IMG/VR virus record: IMGVR_UViG_3300008516_000114
Location: 25,684-89,683 of that record
Strand: one strand, 5' to 3'
DNA from: a virus
Length of the DNA: 64,000 bases
The notes under the pieces were generated by a model that saw nothing but the letters and a program-made list of their open reading frames with translations, did no database searches and was not told the DNA's origin. Every line of letters starts with the position of its first letter. The first letter of the stretch is position 1. Positions 38,153-48,805 of the stretch are shown here, in pieces. Position numbers and translations under genes: made by a program.

Positions 38153-38204
38153 ATATATGAGGGGTATTGTCTTTTTAATTTTCAATTCAACACCCCTCAT
38201 ATAT
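38153..38204. terminator. 13-bp inverted repeat between convergent genes
   Basis: ATATATGAGGGGT ... ACCCCTCATATAT. Confidence 0.5.
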
Positions 38205-38221
38205 TCACATTTCGTTCTTTT

Positions 38222-38515
38222 TTAATGAACTCCTATTTCTGTATGGTCAAAAATTCCCTTAGGGCCAAATGATAAATAGGGTTCTTTGTTTTTATGCTTA
38301 TCACAAAGGAAAATTTCAAAAGAACCCATCATTGACCATTTAAAGAAGTGTGTTTTTCTCTTACAAACAAAACATTCACCCAAATTTATTGAAAAAATCC
38401 TGTTGTCATTTTTATCTTTTCTAAGTAATTCAATAAGAGAATTCTCTTCTTTAGTTAATTCGCTCATCTTTCTACGAAGAGATTTAATACTTCTAATAAT
38501 TCCTTGTTGAGTCAT
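38222..38515 (-). CDS. Zinc-finger protein (CxxC...CxxH)
   Basis: CFVC...IFLCDKH; AAGGAG RBS before ATG 38515. Confidence 0.75.
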   Translation of the reverse strand: MTQQGIIRSIKSLRRKMSELTKEENSLIELLRKDKNDNRIFSINLGECFVCKRKTHFFKWSMMGSFEIFLCDKHKNKEPYLSFGPKGIFDHTEIGVH

Positions 38516-38541
38516 TATTTCTCCTTTCAAATAATCATTTT

Positions 38542-38820
38542 TCACGTCAAATATTCTTTAATATCATAATATTTGTGTTTATCACAAAGAAAGATTTTCT
38601 TCTCTGGGACTGGAAAGATTTTAAATGTAAAAATTTTGCAGAAATGCGTTTTTATACCACAAATAGCACATAAACCAGATTTATTTGAGAACATTCTATT
38701 GTCGTTGCTATCGTTATTTTTCAATTGTTTAATCAGGTTTTTTCTTTCTTCTTCTGATTTTAGAACATTTTCCTCTAGAACAATAATCTTATCTTCAAGT
38801 TCTTTTGGTGATAATTGCAT
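38542..38820 (-). CDS. Zinc-finger protein, paralog of the preceding feature
   Basis: CAIC...IFLCDKH. Confidence 0.75.
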   Translation of the reverse strand: MQLSPKELEDKIIVLEENVLKSEEERKNLIKQLKNNDSNDNRMFSNKSGLCAICGIKTHFCKIFTFKIFPVPEKKIFLCDKHKYYDIKEYLT

Positions 38821-38823
38821 TTT

Positions 38824-39282
38824 TTACCTCTTTTGTTTTTTATTAAATTCATTATATTCTTCTTCATCTTTTCTAAGTTCTTCCTGCTTTTTTATATACC
38901 ATTCATCAAAATGCTCATTAAAATAATTTTCGCCAAATTTTGCTAATTCCCAGAATAATTCAAAAGATATATATATATCATGCTTATTATTATCAATAAA
39001 ATATAGAAAATATCCTTTAATAAAGGGTTCTTTATTAGAACTATATTTACTAAAATCATCAGTATAAATATAAATATAGTCCACATATTCATTAACAACG
39101 ATACATGGATAACTTTTGGGCTTTTCTAATTTAGCCCAACATTTTAAACCATATTCAAGTTCATCATAGCCTTCATCCTCATTATAAAATTTTGAAAGAA
39201 ATAATTGTTTCCACATTTCTTCAGATGTCAATAAAATTTTGATCTTATCTTTAATCATTTTATATCTCTTTATTTTTATCAA
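38824..39282 (-). CDS. Hypothetical protein
   Basis: 152-aa ORF with KPKSYPCIVV motif. Confidence 0.7.
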   Translation of the reverse strand: MIKIKRYKMIKDKIKILLTSEEMWKQLFLSKFYNEDEGYDELEYGLKCWAKLEKPKSYPCIVVNEYVDYIYIYTDDFSKYSSNKEPFIKGYFLYFIDNNKHDIYISFELFWELAKFGENYFNEHFDEWYIKKQEELRKDEEEYNEFNKKQKR

Positions 39283-39571
39283 TTATTTTTGAACCACATT
39301 TGGGACAAACAAAATCAAGATCTTTATCTTTCCATGGAATGGTGAATTCATGCTCACATTCAGAACATAAGATATAATAATCATCATGTTTTCTAAATGG
39401 ACGTGTGATTTTATATAGAAAAAGTTTAATTTTGAATTTCCAATCTGAAAGTTTAATCTTTCTATTAAGTTTTCTAAGTAATTCAATAAGAGAATCTTCC
39501 TCTTCTTTGTCTAATTCTGTCTTCTTTTCATAAATAGATTTAATCTTCTCAATAATTTCTGATTGATTCAT
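39260..39571 (-). CDS. Zinc-ribbon protein
   Basis: CSEC...CPKCGS; AAGGAG RBS before ATG 39571. Confidence 0.75.
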   Translation of the reverse strand: MNQSEIIEKIKSIYEKKTELDKEEEDSLIELLRKLNRKIKLSDWKFKIKLFLYKITRPFRKHDDYYILCSECEHEFTIPWKDKDLDFVCPKCGSKIIDKNKEI

Positions 39572-40098
39572 TTTTATTTCTCCTTTTAAATTGTGTATCA
39601 ATAAACTTAATACTAAGTGCCCATTTATAAATAAAATAAGGGACTCTAATCCAGCACTCATAAAGCCAAAAAGATATATAATATTTAGATAACGATTTCA
39701 TAATTCTTCTTTTCAAATATTCAAGTTTTACTCTCGTAAGTTTTATTTATTAGGTATTACAAAACATTTAATTAAATATCCCCAAGGTGCATAATGATAT
39801 GGTGTTCCTTTTGGAATAATACCAGCTATTGTATTCTCTGTTCCCATATATTCAGTCAAAATATAGCCCTTTTTATTTTTGCTTCTTATTATTGTCCCTG
39901 ATACACATTGTTCTTTCTCATTCTCTGAATAAATCATAAAGCATGAAATATTTTCTGCTGCTATTTTATCGTGGCGATTATCTTCAAAAGGAGAAACAAA
40001 AGAAGTTTATTGGTATATAGACCTGATAATAATAAGAGCTATAGCGATTAAAATACAAATAATAATTAATATTAACATTTTAATATCCTTTCTATCTT

Positions 40099-40401
40099 TC
40101 ATTTTTCACTTAATATTGGTGATTTAATATCTTTATATTTATTTTTGATTCTATTTAATTCCTTTTCAGATATTGTTAGAAGGGATTTTTTAATACTGAT
40201 AAATGCACTGAAATATAGTTTAACAAAATGATAAACTGAATAATCTCCATCCTCAATTTTTTCTCTTAATGTTTTATTTGGATTATCAATTGTTTCAATT
40301 CTTAATTGTTTAAGAATATCTTCAATATCTTTTTGTGTAATTAAACACTTATCTAATAATTCGATAGAATCAATATTTTTTTGTTTTTTCATTTTTAACA
40401 C
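40099..40401 (-). CDS. Hypothetical protein
   Basis: Translationally coupled in the leftward operon. Confidence 0.6.
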   Translation of the reverse strand: MLKMKKQKNIDSIELLDKCLITQKDIEDILKQLRIETIDNPNKTLREKIEDGDYSVYHFVKLYFSAFISIKKSLLTISEKELNRIKNKYKDIKSPILSEK

Positions 40402-40808
40402 TCCATCTTAACATTTAAAATAACATGCTCAGGGAAAGGGATTGTATCCTGTTTATTTTCCCAGACACTTTTAGTTACAAAATATTCACCATTAAGGATT
40501 ATATAATTATCTTTCCAATTTTGATAATCTTCTTGTCTGAAGCCAGCGACTATTATTGCCTTGCGTCTAAACGATTCGCTATTACCGGTAATGTGAACGG
40601 TGATACGCTGAGGGGTTAAGTCCTTTATATCAGCAAGTTCGTAACCGCATTTAGCACAGATATAGATTTCTCTTGAAACATGAAACGTGAGACGTGAATT
40701 ATCATCAGAATTTTTTAGATTTCCAATAGAGATTGTACCTAATGGGATTTTCTGGAATAGGTCGGAATTGCATTGAGGGCAGAGAATAGGAGATTGTTTA
40801 TTAGCCAT
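40395..40808 (-). CDS. Zinc-ribbon protein
   Basis: CPQC...CAKCG. Confidence 0.75.
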   Translation of the reverse strand: MANKQSPILCPQCNSDLFQKIPLGTISIGNLKNSDDNSRLTFHVSREIYICAKCGYELADIKDLTPQRITVHITGNSESFRRKAIIVAGFRQEDYQNWKDNYIILNGEYFVTKSVWENKQDTIPFPEHVILNVKMEC

Positions 40809-41025
40809 TTTTAATTTCTTTTTCTATAATTTCAAATGTTTGGGGATATAAAACCTTATATCCTAATTTCTCTATTAATACCAACAATAGTTGGCGGGTA
40901 TCCTCACCTCTATCATAATTTAATTTTGTAATATTACTTCTCTTTTGTCCAGGCTGATCAAAGGGATTAAATATTATTTCTTCTAAGGTTTTAATTCTTT
41001 TTTCTAATAATTTTATGCTTTTCAT
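40801..41025 (-). CDS. Hypothetical protein
   Basis: AAGGAG RBS; coupled to neighbours. Confidence 0.65.
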   Translation of the reverse strand: MKSIKLLEKRIKTLEEIIFNPFDQPGQKRSNITKLNYDRGEDTRQLLLVLIEKLGYKVLYPQTFEIIEKEIKNG

Positions 41026-41473
41026 TGTATCTCCTTTTATTCCACTTTTTTTTGTATGTTGTGCGAACTTCCATTATTTCATTTTCTAAATCAAAGAATG
41101 TTTGCTCATTTTTTATAAATCCACTGAGGTGTGCTAATTTTCCAGATATAATTGTTTGATAGCCACATCTAGGGCAAGGAAAACTGAGGTCTCTATTTTT
41201 CCACGGAACAGTAAAATCATATTCACATTTAGAGCAGACAACATAATAATCGTCATGTTTCTTGAATGGTCTTGTAATTCTATATAAAAAACATTTGATT
41301 TTGAATTTTCGGTCTCTTTGCTTCCTGTTTTTATACATTTTTTTGAATTTTCTCCAGTCTGATTTATTCATTACTATTTTGGCTCTCTGCATATTTTGTT
41401 TTGAGTGTTTATCAAGAAACTTCATGGTTTCCTTTAAGGTTTTTGGATGATTGCTTTCTATTAATTCCTTCAT
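40991..41473 (-). CDS. Zinc-ribbon protein, paralog of 39260-39571
   Basis: CSKC...CPRCG with shared ITRPF.KHDDYY. Confidence 0.75.
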   Translation of the reverse strand: MKELIESNHPKTLKETMKFLDKHSKQNMQRAKIVMNKSDWRKFKKMYKNRKQRDRKFKIKCFLYRITRPFKKHDDYYVVCSKCEYDFTVPWKNRDLSFPCPRCGYQTIISGKLAHLSGFIKNEQTFFDLENEIMEVRTTYKKKWNKRRYNEKHKIIRKKN

Positions 41474-42048
41474 ATTTTCTCTAATTGATTGATTTTATAT
41501 TTATTAAAAATACGTTTGATTTTAAGAAGATTTTTTGATCTGGGCTTCATTCCATATTCCCACCCTCTATAGGTATTACGAGAAACACCAATTATTTTTG
41601 CTGCTTTACTCTGTGATAATTTGAATTTAAAACGCCAATATAATAAAGTATTAGCGATAGGGTCTTCTTGATTGTTCATAACAAATAAAAACCTTTTATC
41701 ACGAGAGTAACCTTTAGAAGATATTTTTTTGATATTTTTATTAGCAGTTGTAGGTGGGAACATGAGATAAAAATACCGCTTATGCTTGAATTGAAAATGC
41801 CGGATTAAATTATGTCCAATAAGATAATCCCTTGCTGATTCTACTTCCTTAACATTTGTGTTAAGAAACTTGCATAGTTCATTATCGGGATAGAGTACAA
41901 TATTTGTTCTCCAAAGGTCTTTATAGCTTATATGATAGTTAATTTTGTTGAGGCGTAACATTAGGGTAAGGTACAATTTCAATGGCATTACTGGAATAGT
42001 AGCAAGGTGTTTGATCAATATATCACCATTAAGGACACAGGGGTTCAT
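41470..42048 (-). CDS. DNA-binding protein with C-terminal XRE HTH
   Basis: LSQSKAAKIIGVSRNTYRGWEYG..P; the N-terminal half looks winged-helix-like. Confidence 0.8.
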   Translation of the reverse strand: MNPCVLNGDILIKHLATIPVMPLKLYLTLMLRLNKINYHISYKDLWRTNIVLYPDNELCKFLNTNVKEVESARDYLIGHNLIRHFQFKHKRYFYLMFPPTTANKNIKKISSKGYSRDKRFLFVMNNQEDPIANTLLYWRFKFKLSQSKAAKIIGVSRNTYRGWEYGMKPRSKNLLKIKRIFNKYKINQLEKI

Positions 42049-42069
42049 TGTTCATTTTCCATTAATATG

Positions 42070-42309
42070 TTAGGCAGTTAAATATCTTTCTTTTACTGCT
42101 TCTACAATTTTCCCTCCAAATATTGATATAAGCATTTTACGAATATTACTGGCTTTTGTATCATCAAATTTTCCAGAAAATATCATCCATTGTAAAACTC
42201 TAAATGCTAAATCAACTTCATCATCCTGCCTAATCTCCTGCTTCACCTGACGGTCAGAGCTGTTTGATGATTTGAATTTCTTTTGATTTTTCAATTTTAC
42301 AATATCCAT
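42070..42309 (-). CDS. Hypothetical protein
   Basis: AAGGGG RBS; 79 aa. Confidence 0.65.
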   Translation of the reverse strand: MDIVKLKNQKKFKSSNSSDRQVKQEIRQDDEVDLAFRVLQWMIFSGKFDDTKASNIRKMLISIFGGKIVEAVKERYLTA

Positions 42310-42321
42310 TATTTCCCCTTT

Positions 42322-42531
42322 CTAACTCACTCGCAGGTGAGCTAAGTCCGTTAGGTTATCAATAATAGAACAACTTACAATTCCAATACCCCACTGTAAG
42401 AAGCAAGCATCTATAAATAATTGAGCATCTTCCAATGTATTATGTTCTGAAATACTTGTTTTTCTACAATATTTAGATTCATAAACTGTTTTTACATATA
42501 TTGTTTCTTTAGCACTTTTGAGTGTTTCCAT
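42322..42531 (-). CDS. Hypothetical protein
   Basis: AGGAG RBS; 69 aa. Confidence 0.65.
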   Translation of the reverse strand: METLKSAKETIYVKTVYESKYCRKTSISEHNTLEDAQLFIDACFLQWGIGIVSCSIIDNLTDLAHLRVS

Positions 42532-42549
42532 TTTTATTCTCCTATTCTT

Positions 42550-43494
42550 TTAATGTTCTAAATAACACTTTTGATATTTTTCTTGAATTTTATCTTCATC
42601 CGGGTGATCATAATATACTTGTAATGTATAAGGGTGAGCACCAACTAACTGAGAAACTTCTTTAATAGAAAATCTTCTACCGCCTCTTTCATCGAGTAAT
42701 TGCATAAGACTTGAAATTTTATAATGTCTGAATATATGCGGATACAGGGGAAAGGAAATTCCTGCTTGCTCTCCTAATTTTTTTATGTATCCAAGAGCAC
42801 CTCTTTTTGTTATATTGAAAATCTTTTCAGGTGGCCTTGAATATACATATATATAATAAGCCTTTAGTTGCTGCAAGGAATTTGCTTTAGATTCACGTAA
42901 CGGAAATGCCCGAAACCCATTATTATCCTGTTCTGCAGTCTTTTTGCCATGAATAAGGATATATTTCTCGTGAATATCGGTATATTTCAGGCTTATTAAT
43001 TCGGATATTCTTGCCCCTGTTTCAATAAGGAATTCAATAAGTGTATGCCGTTCTAATTGAATATATAATTTATTTAGATTTGTAGGTAGTGGCTCATTTT
43101 CAATATAATCTTTTATAATCCGGATATGTTTATCTTTAAGATAGTATTTTATTTGATTCTTTTCTTCCTTGGTTTTCCGCAAATTACCCTTAAAGATCAC
43201 TGGTTCGGAGATCAATTTTTTATCTTCGGCAAAATTATAAAAATGCTTTATACCGCTTTTAATATATCCCTGTCGTGTATTTTTCTTAACGTTTTTATCA
43301 TAGAGATATCTAAAGAAATTTTGAATATCTAAGGATTTTGCATTTAAGAGAACGTCTTCTTTTAGTTTACGTCTGCTGCCATTAAGATATTTAATGAATT
43401 TTTTCACCCCGATAACATACCTCACAGCAGATGATGGAGCTACACCCAAATCATAAAGTAAGTAATTTTCATAGCGTTTAATTAATGTGAGCAT
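42550..43494 (-). CDS. Tyrosine recombinase (XerC/D-like)
   Basis: ETGARISEL, HGK, PHIFRH and C-terminal Tyr; SAM-like N-domain; no arm-binding domain. Confidence 0.93.
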   Translation of the reverse strand: MLTLIKRYENYLLYDLGVAPSSAVRYVIGVKKFIKYLNGSRRKLKEDVLLNAKSLDIQNFFRYLYDKNVKKNTRQGYIKSGIKHFYNFAEDKKLISEPVIFKGNLRKTKEEKNQIKYYLKDKHIRIIKDYIENEPLPTNLNKLYIQLERHTLIEFLIETGARISELISLKYTDIHEKYILIHGKKTAEQDNNGFRAFPLRESKANSLQQLKAYYIYVYSRPPEKIFNITKRGALGYIKKLGEQAGISFPLYPHIFRHYKISSLMQLLDERGGRRFSIKEVSQLVGAHPYTLQVYYDHPDEDKIQEKYQKCYLEH

Positions 43495-44469
43495 ATCAAT
43501 TCCTTCTCACCATAGCCTTGTTTGATCTTGCGGTCAATCATTTCTAAAAGTTGCAGATAATATTGGATGTCTGCGGATTCGTTTCTATTAATTTTATCAG
43601 GATTAGTAAAAAAATCTTTTGTTAGCCAGTTCATTGTTTTATTATCAAGATAGTTAAGTGCGGATAGATATTTTCCAATATCATTGAGAAATATCCTATC
43701 CAGTGTTTGTGCATTTTCGTCAATCCAAGAGCCGTCTTGTAGAAGTTTATAATCCTGACGGCTATTCAATACAAATTCATCATGTTGTTTGCATGTTTCA
43801 ATAAGTTTATGTATATCATCTGCAATTTGTTTAAGAGTTTTCATCAATTAATATTCTTTTGCATTGTATACATTGTTTTCTTTTACCCTTTTTTATAACT
43901 TTAGTCATCCCATTATGTGTAAAGTTCGTACTACCATCCCAATTATAATGCCAATATTCCTTGACATAAACTGTAACCCAATAACCATCAATATCCCCAC
44001 AATATGGGCATTTAATATTCTTTTTAAGTGTTTTTGGCATTTAGTTCCTTTTCTATTTTGCTCTTATCTTTAGGCGTTAACCTTTTAACAAATTCCTCTG
44101 CTGTAATTCCGCTATTTCTAATAAGCCAACTTACTTTTTCAAGACATTCTTCAATAACATTTATATTTTCTTCCATTTTTCTCCAGTATATATATTATGT
44201 AACTCAAAAATCTTATCGATATTCTCGTTAAGAGAATTCTTGGCAGTTTGTACAGATTCAAATTCACCTTTTAAAATAATCCATTTCCATTTACAATTAG
44301 GATTACCGTCTTCATTAATATCTTTTTTTATAACTTTTAATCTGATTTTATGCGGATTCTTATCTTCTATACATCCACATTCAAATTTATTAAATTTTAT
44401 ATCATGGTGGTCAGTAAAAAATGATCTATATCTTCCTGTTGCTTTTGTTGTTTTAAATGTAAATTTCAT
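43482..44469 (-). CDS. Cluster of small hypothetical genes (43482-43847, 43831-44040 zinc finger, 44161-44469)
   Basis: Closely packed ORFs; CPYC...CIQC in the middle one. Confidence 0.65.
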
Positions 44470-44488
44470 ATCAATTTTTTTCTAAAAT

Positions 44489-44618
44489 CACTGTGAGGCT
44501 TGGCAGGATTTTTACCTACTGGCTTTTTTGCTTGGGACATCTCAATCTCCTCATAACCCACAGTCAACCTATAAACTGCATGCAATGCGTTTCGCAGAAC
44601 ACCACAAGCCTCACAATG
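44489..44618 (-). ncRNA. tRNA-like structured element, copy B
   Basis: CATTGTGAGGCTTG/CAAGCCTCACAGTG 14-bp stem plus GTAGG-TAAAAAT-CCTGC arm; homologous to 54733-54819. Confidence 0.65.
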
Positions 44619-44776
44619 TCAAATAACTATCATAATTTACTCTTATTTCTCTTGTATTACAAGGGTAGTTAACCCCCTACATCCTGCCCTTGAGACAGGT
44701 TCGTTCCAGCTTGTAGAATATGAAACGAAGGATGATTTCGCTGGCATTTTGGGGATCAGTAATAAGTTACATAGGC

Positions 44777-45844
44777 TCAATTTTCATCTTCCGACAATCT
44801 TACTGGCATCAAAAGATTTATGCTTTTAATCTCATTGTCAGATGTCTCCTCAAAGACTTGTGCCGATATTGGATTACTGAATTTCCATACAACGATATCC
44901 GAGTTCATGCTTTTCAATAGTTCCGTAAAATACTTAATATTCATACCCACTGGTTTTCTTGAACTATCGCCTTGTTTTGAAATCTCTGAATTCCAGCTTA
45001 TATCGGTTTCAGGATCATAAGTTGATACTTTGATCCTACCATGAGATATATTAAATATTCCCTTCTCTGTAACATCAGGAAACAAAGCAGCATCTTTAAG
45101 TAATTTCAACATTTCCTTTCTATTAAACTGAACTTTTTTCTCTGTATGTTCAGGTATTACAGATTTGAAATCAACGGAAGGCTCATCAATTAAGCGAATA
45201 TATAATTGGATATTATTTTTCAGGCTGAATCTAAGATAATGTTTATTATCTCCGCTTACTTTAACAATCTCATCAGCAAATTGTTTGATAATCCAAATTG
45301 ATTTTTGATGTATAATGCCAGAAAATTCCTTGTCAACTTCACAACTACCCAAATCCGGATAATATTTCATCATTGAGCCATTAACCGCACAGGATTCTAA
45401 TTGACTGTTCTGAGAAACAAATACACCTGTTAATGCAGGTCGCAGTTCATTATTTGAACAGAAGGGCAATTGGTTATTTAGATATTCAAAAACTTTTTTA
45501 TTCCAATTACCGACAAAATTAAACCTGGTTTTGGGTAATGAGGGAAAGTCTTCGACATCTCTATTTGTGAATTTCAATTGCCGGCTATCGTAATTGATAG
45601 TGGTTTTATCTTTTCTGGTTTTAATCTCAAATGTCTTAGGTTTGGATCTGAGGACATTCTTGAGTATTGTAATTGGTATAATACAATTCAGATTAGTATC
45701 AATTGGTATAACGGCATAGTTCTCAATATCAGTGACAATCATTTTGCCGTTTCTCAAACATATATTCTTGAGAATTAGCAGTGGGTTCTTTTTATTAATT
45801 ACCTTCTCTGCTATTGGCAAAAATTGGTTAAGTTGTTCTAACAT
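44777..45844 (-). CDS. dnaN: DNA polymerase III beta sliding clamp homologue
   Basis: ILKNICL, DFPSLP, RPALTGVFV, RLIDE...DFKSVIP, GMNIKYF, LLMPVRL. Confidence 0.92.
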   Translation of the reverse strand: MLEQLNQFLPIAEKVINKKNPLLILKNICLRNGKMIVTDIENYAVIPIDTNLNCIIPITILKNVLRSKPKTFEIKTRKDKTTINYDSRQLKFTNRDVEDFPSLPKTRFNFVGNWNKKVFEYLNNQLPFCSNNELRPALTGVFVSQNSQLESCAVNGSMMKYYPDLGSCEVDKEFSGIIHQKSIWIIKQFADEIVKVSGDNKHYLRFSLKNNIQLYIRLIDEPSVDFKSVIPEHTEKKVQFNRKEMLKLLKDAALFPDVTEKGIFNISHGRIKVSTYDPETDISWNSEISKQGDSSRKPVGMNIKYFTELLKSMNSDIVVWKFSNPISAQVFEETSDNEIKSINLLMPVRLSEDEN

Positions 45845-45960
45845 GGTTTCTCCTTCATTATTTATTTTGCGTTATGCACATTTGCGTAATTTCTCTTAAT
45901 TTGTTTTTCATTATATATTGAGTTTCAGCGTTTGCTGAAAGTGCCGTTATAGTGAAAGTT

Positions 45961-48689
45961 TTATTTAATATTAAACATATCCATTAAATTATCAACCGCT
46001 TTATCACCAGCTTTTTCGCCAAATATATCTTTTGCAGTTTTAAGTGATTGTTCTTGTAGCTGTTTTGCAAGTTCAAGAATGCTGTTACATTGTTTGCAAT
46101 ATATTACAGCACCCTTTTCGATTCTGCCTTTCTCTATTTCACCGAGATACTTATTGCATTTTTTACATCTTAATTCTTTCATGTTCCTTTTTCTTTATAG
46201 CATTTCTAAAAATCTCCATTTCTTCATAATCGGAGATTATACCCTGTTTATGGTTATGCAAAGCCTCTGCGAGTTTTGCTTGAAATCTTAGTTCAAGATT
46301 ATCTGAAAATGAAATATAGCCCTTACCAATAGCGTAATCTTCCAGTTGTTCTATAGATAATAGTTTCATAATAATATTTGTCCGCCGTTTTCTAATGTTC
46401 GGTTATACCAGACAAATGTTCGGTTATACCGAACAAATCCAGATTAAAACATAAATACCAAAATAGATGGCTGTTAATGCTATTATACTATAAGAGATTT
46501 TGTCGAATTTAGTCATAGTGATTCTCTAAAATCTTGGAAAGCCCAGTTGACCCACTGTTCATACATTTCTTTATATAGTGGATTGGATAAACTTCTATCA
46601 CTGGGCATTGTTCTGCCGTGTTCTAAATGCCATTGTTCTGCGTGATCCGCAAGAGTTATTTCAGACATAGCATCTCCTTTTGGGTAATAATCTACCCGAT
46701 TAGATTGTTGTCTAAGAAATCACATTATAGTAGTTATATGCTACTATATCGTATATTTTAAGTCTATTATGTTCGGGAAATCACAATATATTGTTATATT
46801 GCGTGTTTTGAACTTGATAGGAAAATTGAGTTGTTATTGAATCTTTTGCTCTCATACCATTTTTTCCATTGTTTATATAATTCATCAAAAAACAATTCTA
46901 TTAGTTCATCATAACTCAATTTATTAATATCTTTTAATTTCATCTCATTCTCACTTTTCAATTTGAGCCTAGCGGGGAAACGATCCCCGCTTGACTCCAA
47001 CGGCTCCCCTCATCAGGGGCAGGATTGCCTGTCCTGCCCGATCCCCAGCAATTATTGGAGATAATGCAGTCTTGCGTCAACAACTCCGTCGTGTAACTGC
47101 ACTCTAAATACTGTTAATCCGTTTGCGTCTGCGGAATTAGTGTGCGAAGGAATTTCAATACAACGTCCTATTTCATCAATACCGACAAGGCATACTGTTG
47201 TACTTACAAATCCAATTGAAGACATCATCCGGTAATTGCTGGGGACATGACGTTTTTGGTAATACTTTTCTGCAATTTCTTTCTTGTCAATTACGTTCAT
47301 CTCATCCTCCTTTGCCCCGAAGGGCGGTTATTTTAAATTTTTCCTACACACGAGCAATTGTCCACATTGATGAAAATTTACAAATGGCAGATCAGACTCG
47401 CTATGAGTATATACGAAATCTTCTCCGCATTTCGGACACCGAAAATGAAGATAACTTTCAGGATCATAAAATTCAATGCGACCGCGTCCTAATAATTCTG
47501 CAGAAAGTATTTCTACTTCCTTCAGCGGCACGTTTCTGGACTGTTCCAAAAACATCTCCAATTGAGGTATAACCCAATCTGGAACACTCCCCAGAACGTC
47601 TGTTTTTCTTCCCATATATTGGAGAAAATCACCAAGTCTTACAACTTTTTTTTCTCCATTCTGAGTCATTTCTTCACGAATCATCACATCCTCCTAAATT
47701 CTAAATGAAGAATTGCTTTGCATTTCCATCAATTTTCCCAACTGGATAATCTAATTGCCCATTCCATTTTTTCATTATGACCAAACTTTCGTCTTCAATG
47801 TGGTCATAGTTCACAACTCCGTAATCACGGAAATAGCGATACGGAATACCAACTTTTTTCAGTAATTTCTTCACTTTCACTTCGTTTTCTGGGTTGACTT
47901 GTTTGAATTTCATCTCATCCTCCTTTTATAAACGAAAATATATTAATTTCCCGATTAAATCACAAGTTCATTGAGCCTGGCATGACCCGCTTAGGCGTTC
48001 AGGCTGTTTACCATTTTGTTGATGTCAACAAAATGCTCTATTCAAATTTCTACATATACATTATCTCTGACTTTGCGTATTTTTTCAAAAATATCTTTCA
48101 TTATCTCTTCTCGCAAGTAATGTATTTATGATCGTTTTTAAATTCTTTGAAGATAACTTTCCCACATTTCAAACATTTAACGCGTTTTTTGCTAATAGTC
48201 TTGAATTGTTGTTTGCTCATTTCTCAATTCTCCTGTTTGTTTATTTTGAAAGGATGATATTCGTCCCAGTAGTAATTATGGATTGTGTTCAGTGTTCCGT
48301 AACAGTGTCCCCGATGTATCACGCCATAGGCTTTGATCCCAAATATATTACCTTCTGAATCAATCATTAATTTGCCAGAACCGCCAACATCAATTTTAGT
48401 GTACTTTTTGCCCTGTTTTACGCTTGTTTTGCAATTATCAATATTTGCTTGACAAGCTAGGTTTTTTCGTTTCAGTGTTTCAATTTGCTGATCCTCAATT
48501 AGCTTTGCTAATTCTAATATTTTTTTGTTCATTTTATTCAAGTGTCAAATTGTATAGTTGTTCTGCAAGGTTGTGTAGGTCGGCTTTAATGTCTTCCGGT
48601 TTCTGAGAGCAGTTGACATCTCTTATATGACCTGACAGAATTCTTAGGCATTCAATTTCTTTTTTACCAAGATTTTCTTTTGTTTTCAT
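45961..48689 (-). CDS. Array of small leftward early genes (45961-46182 zinc finger, 46163-46369, 47052-47300, 47328-47687 zinc finger, 47701-47913, 48224-48541 and several under 60 aa)
   Basis: Most have a strong GGAGG-type RBS; products not recognised. Confidence 0.7.
46394..46435. repeat. Tandem 16-bp direct repeat with palindrome
   Basis: AATGTTCGGTTATACC at 46394 and 46415; the second copy extends into TGTTCGGT-TAT-ACCGAACA. Confidence 0.8.
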
Positions 48690-48805
48690 TTCATCCTCAA
48701 GATTATTTAGTGTTCTGTTCTATGAATTTCTACAAGTTATTTTAGGTGACTGTTCACAAGCTTTTTTCGTTCTCTGTTCTGCTCTACAAAGAAAAATCGC
48801 AGGTT

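Noticed and set aside
46146-46160. Third c4 target (GCAA-TA-AGTATC on the minus strand)
   Set aside because: Spacing differs from the two flanking sites, and such a short match is expected by chance in 64 kb.
46965-47050. Hammerhead or HDV-like ribozyme suggested by CTGATGAG on the minus strand
   Set aside because: No correctly placed GAAA and stem II, and I could not build the HDV-type nested pseudoknot; kept only as hairpins.
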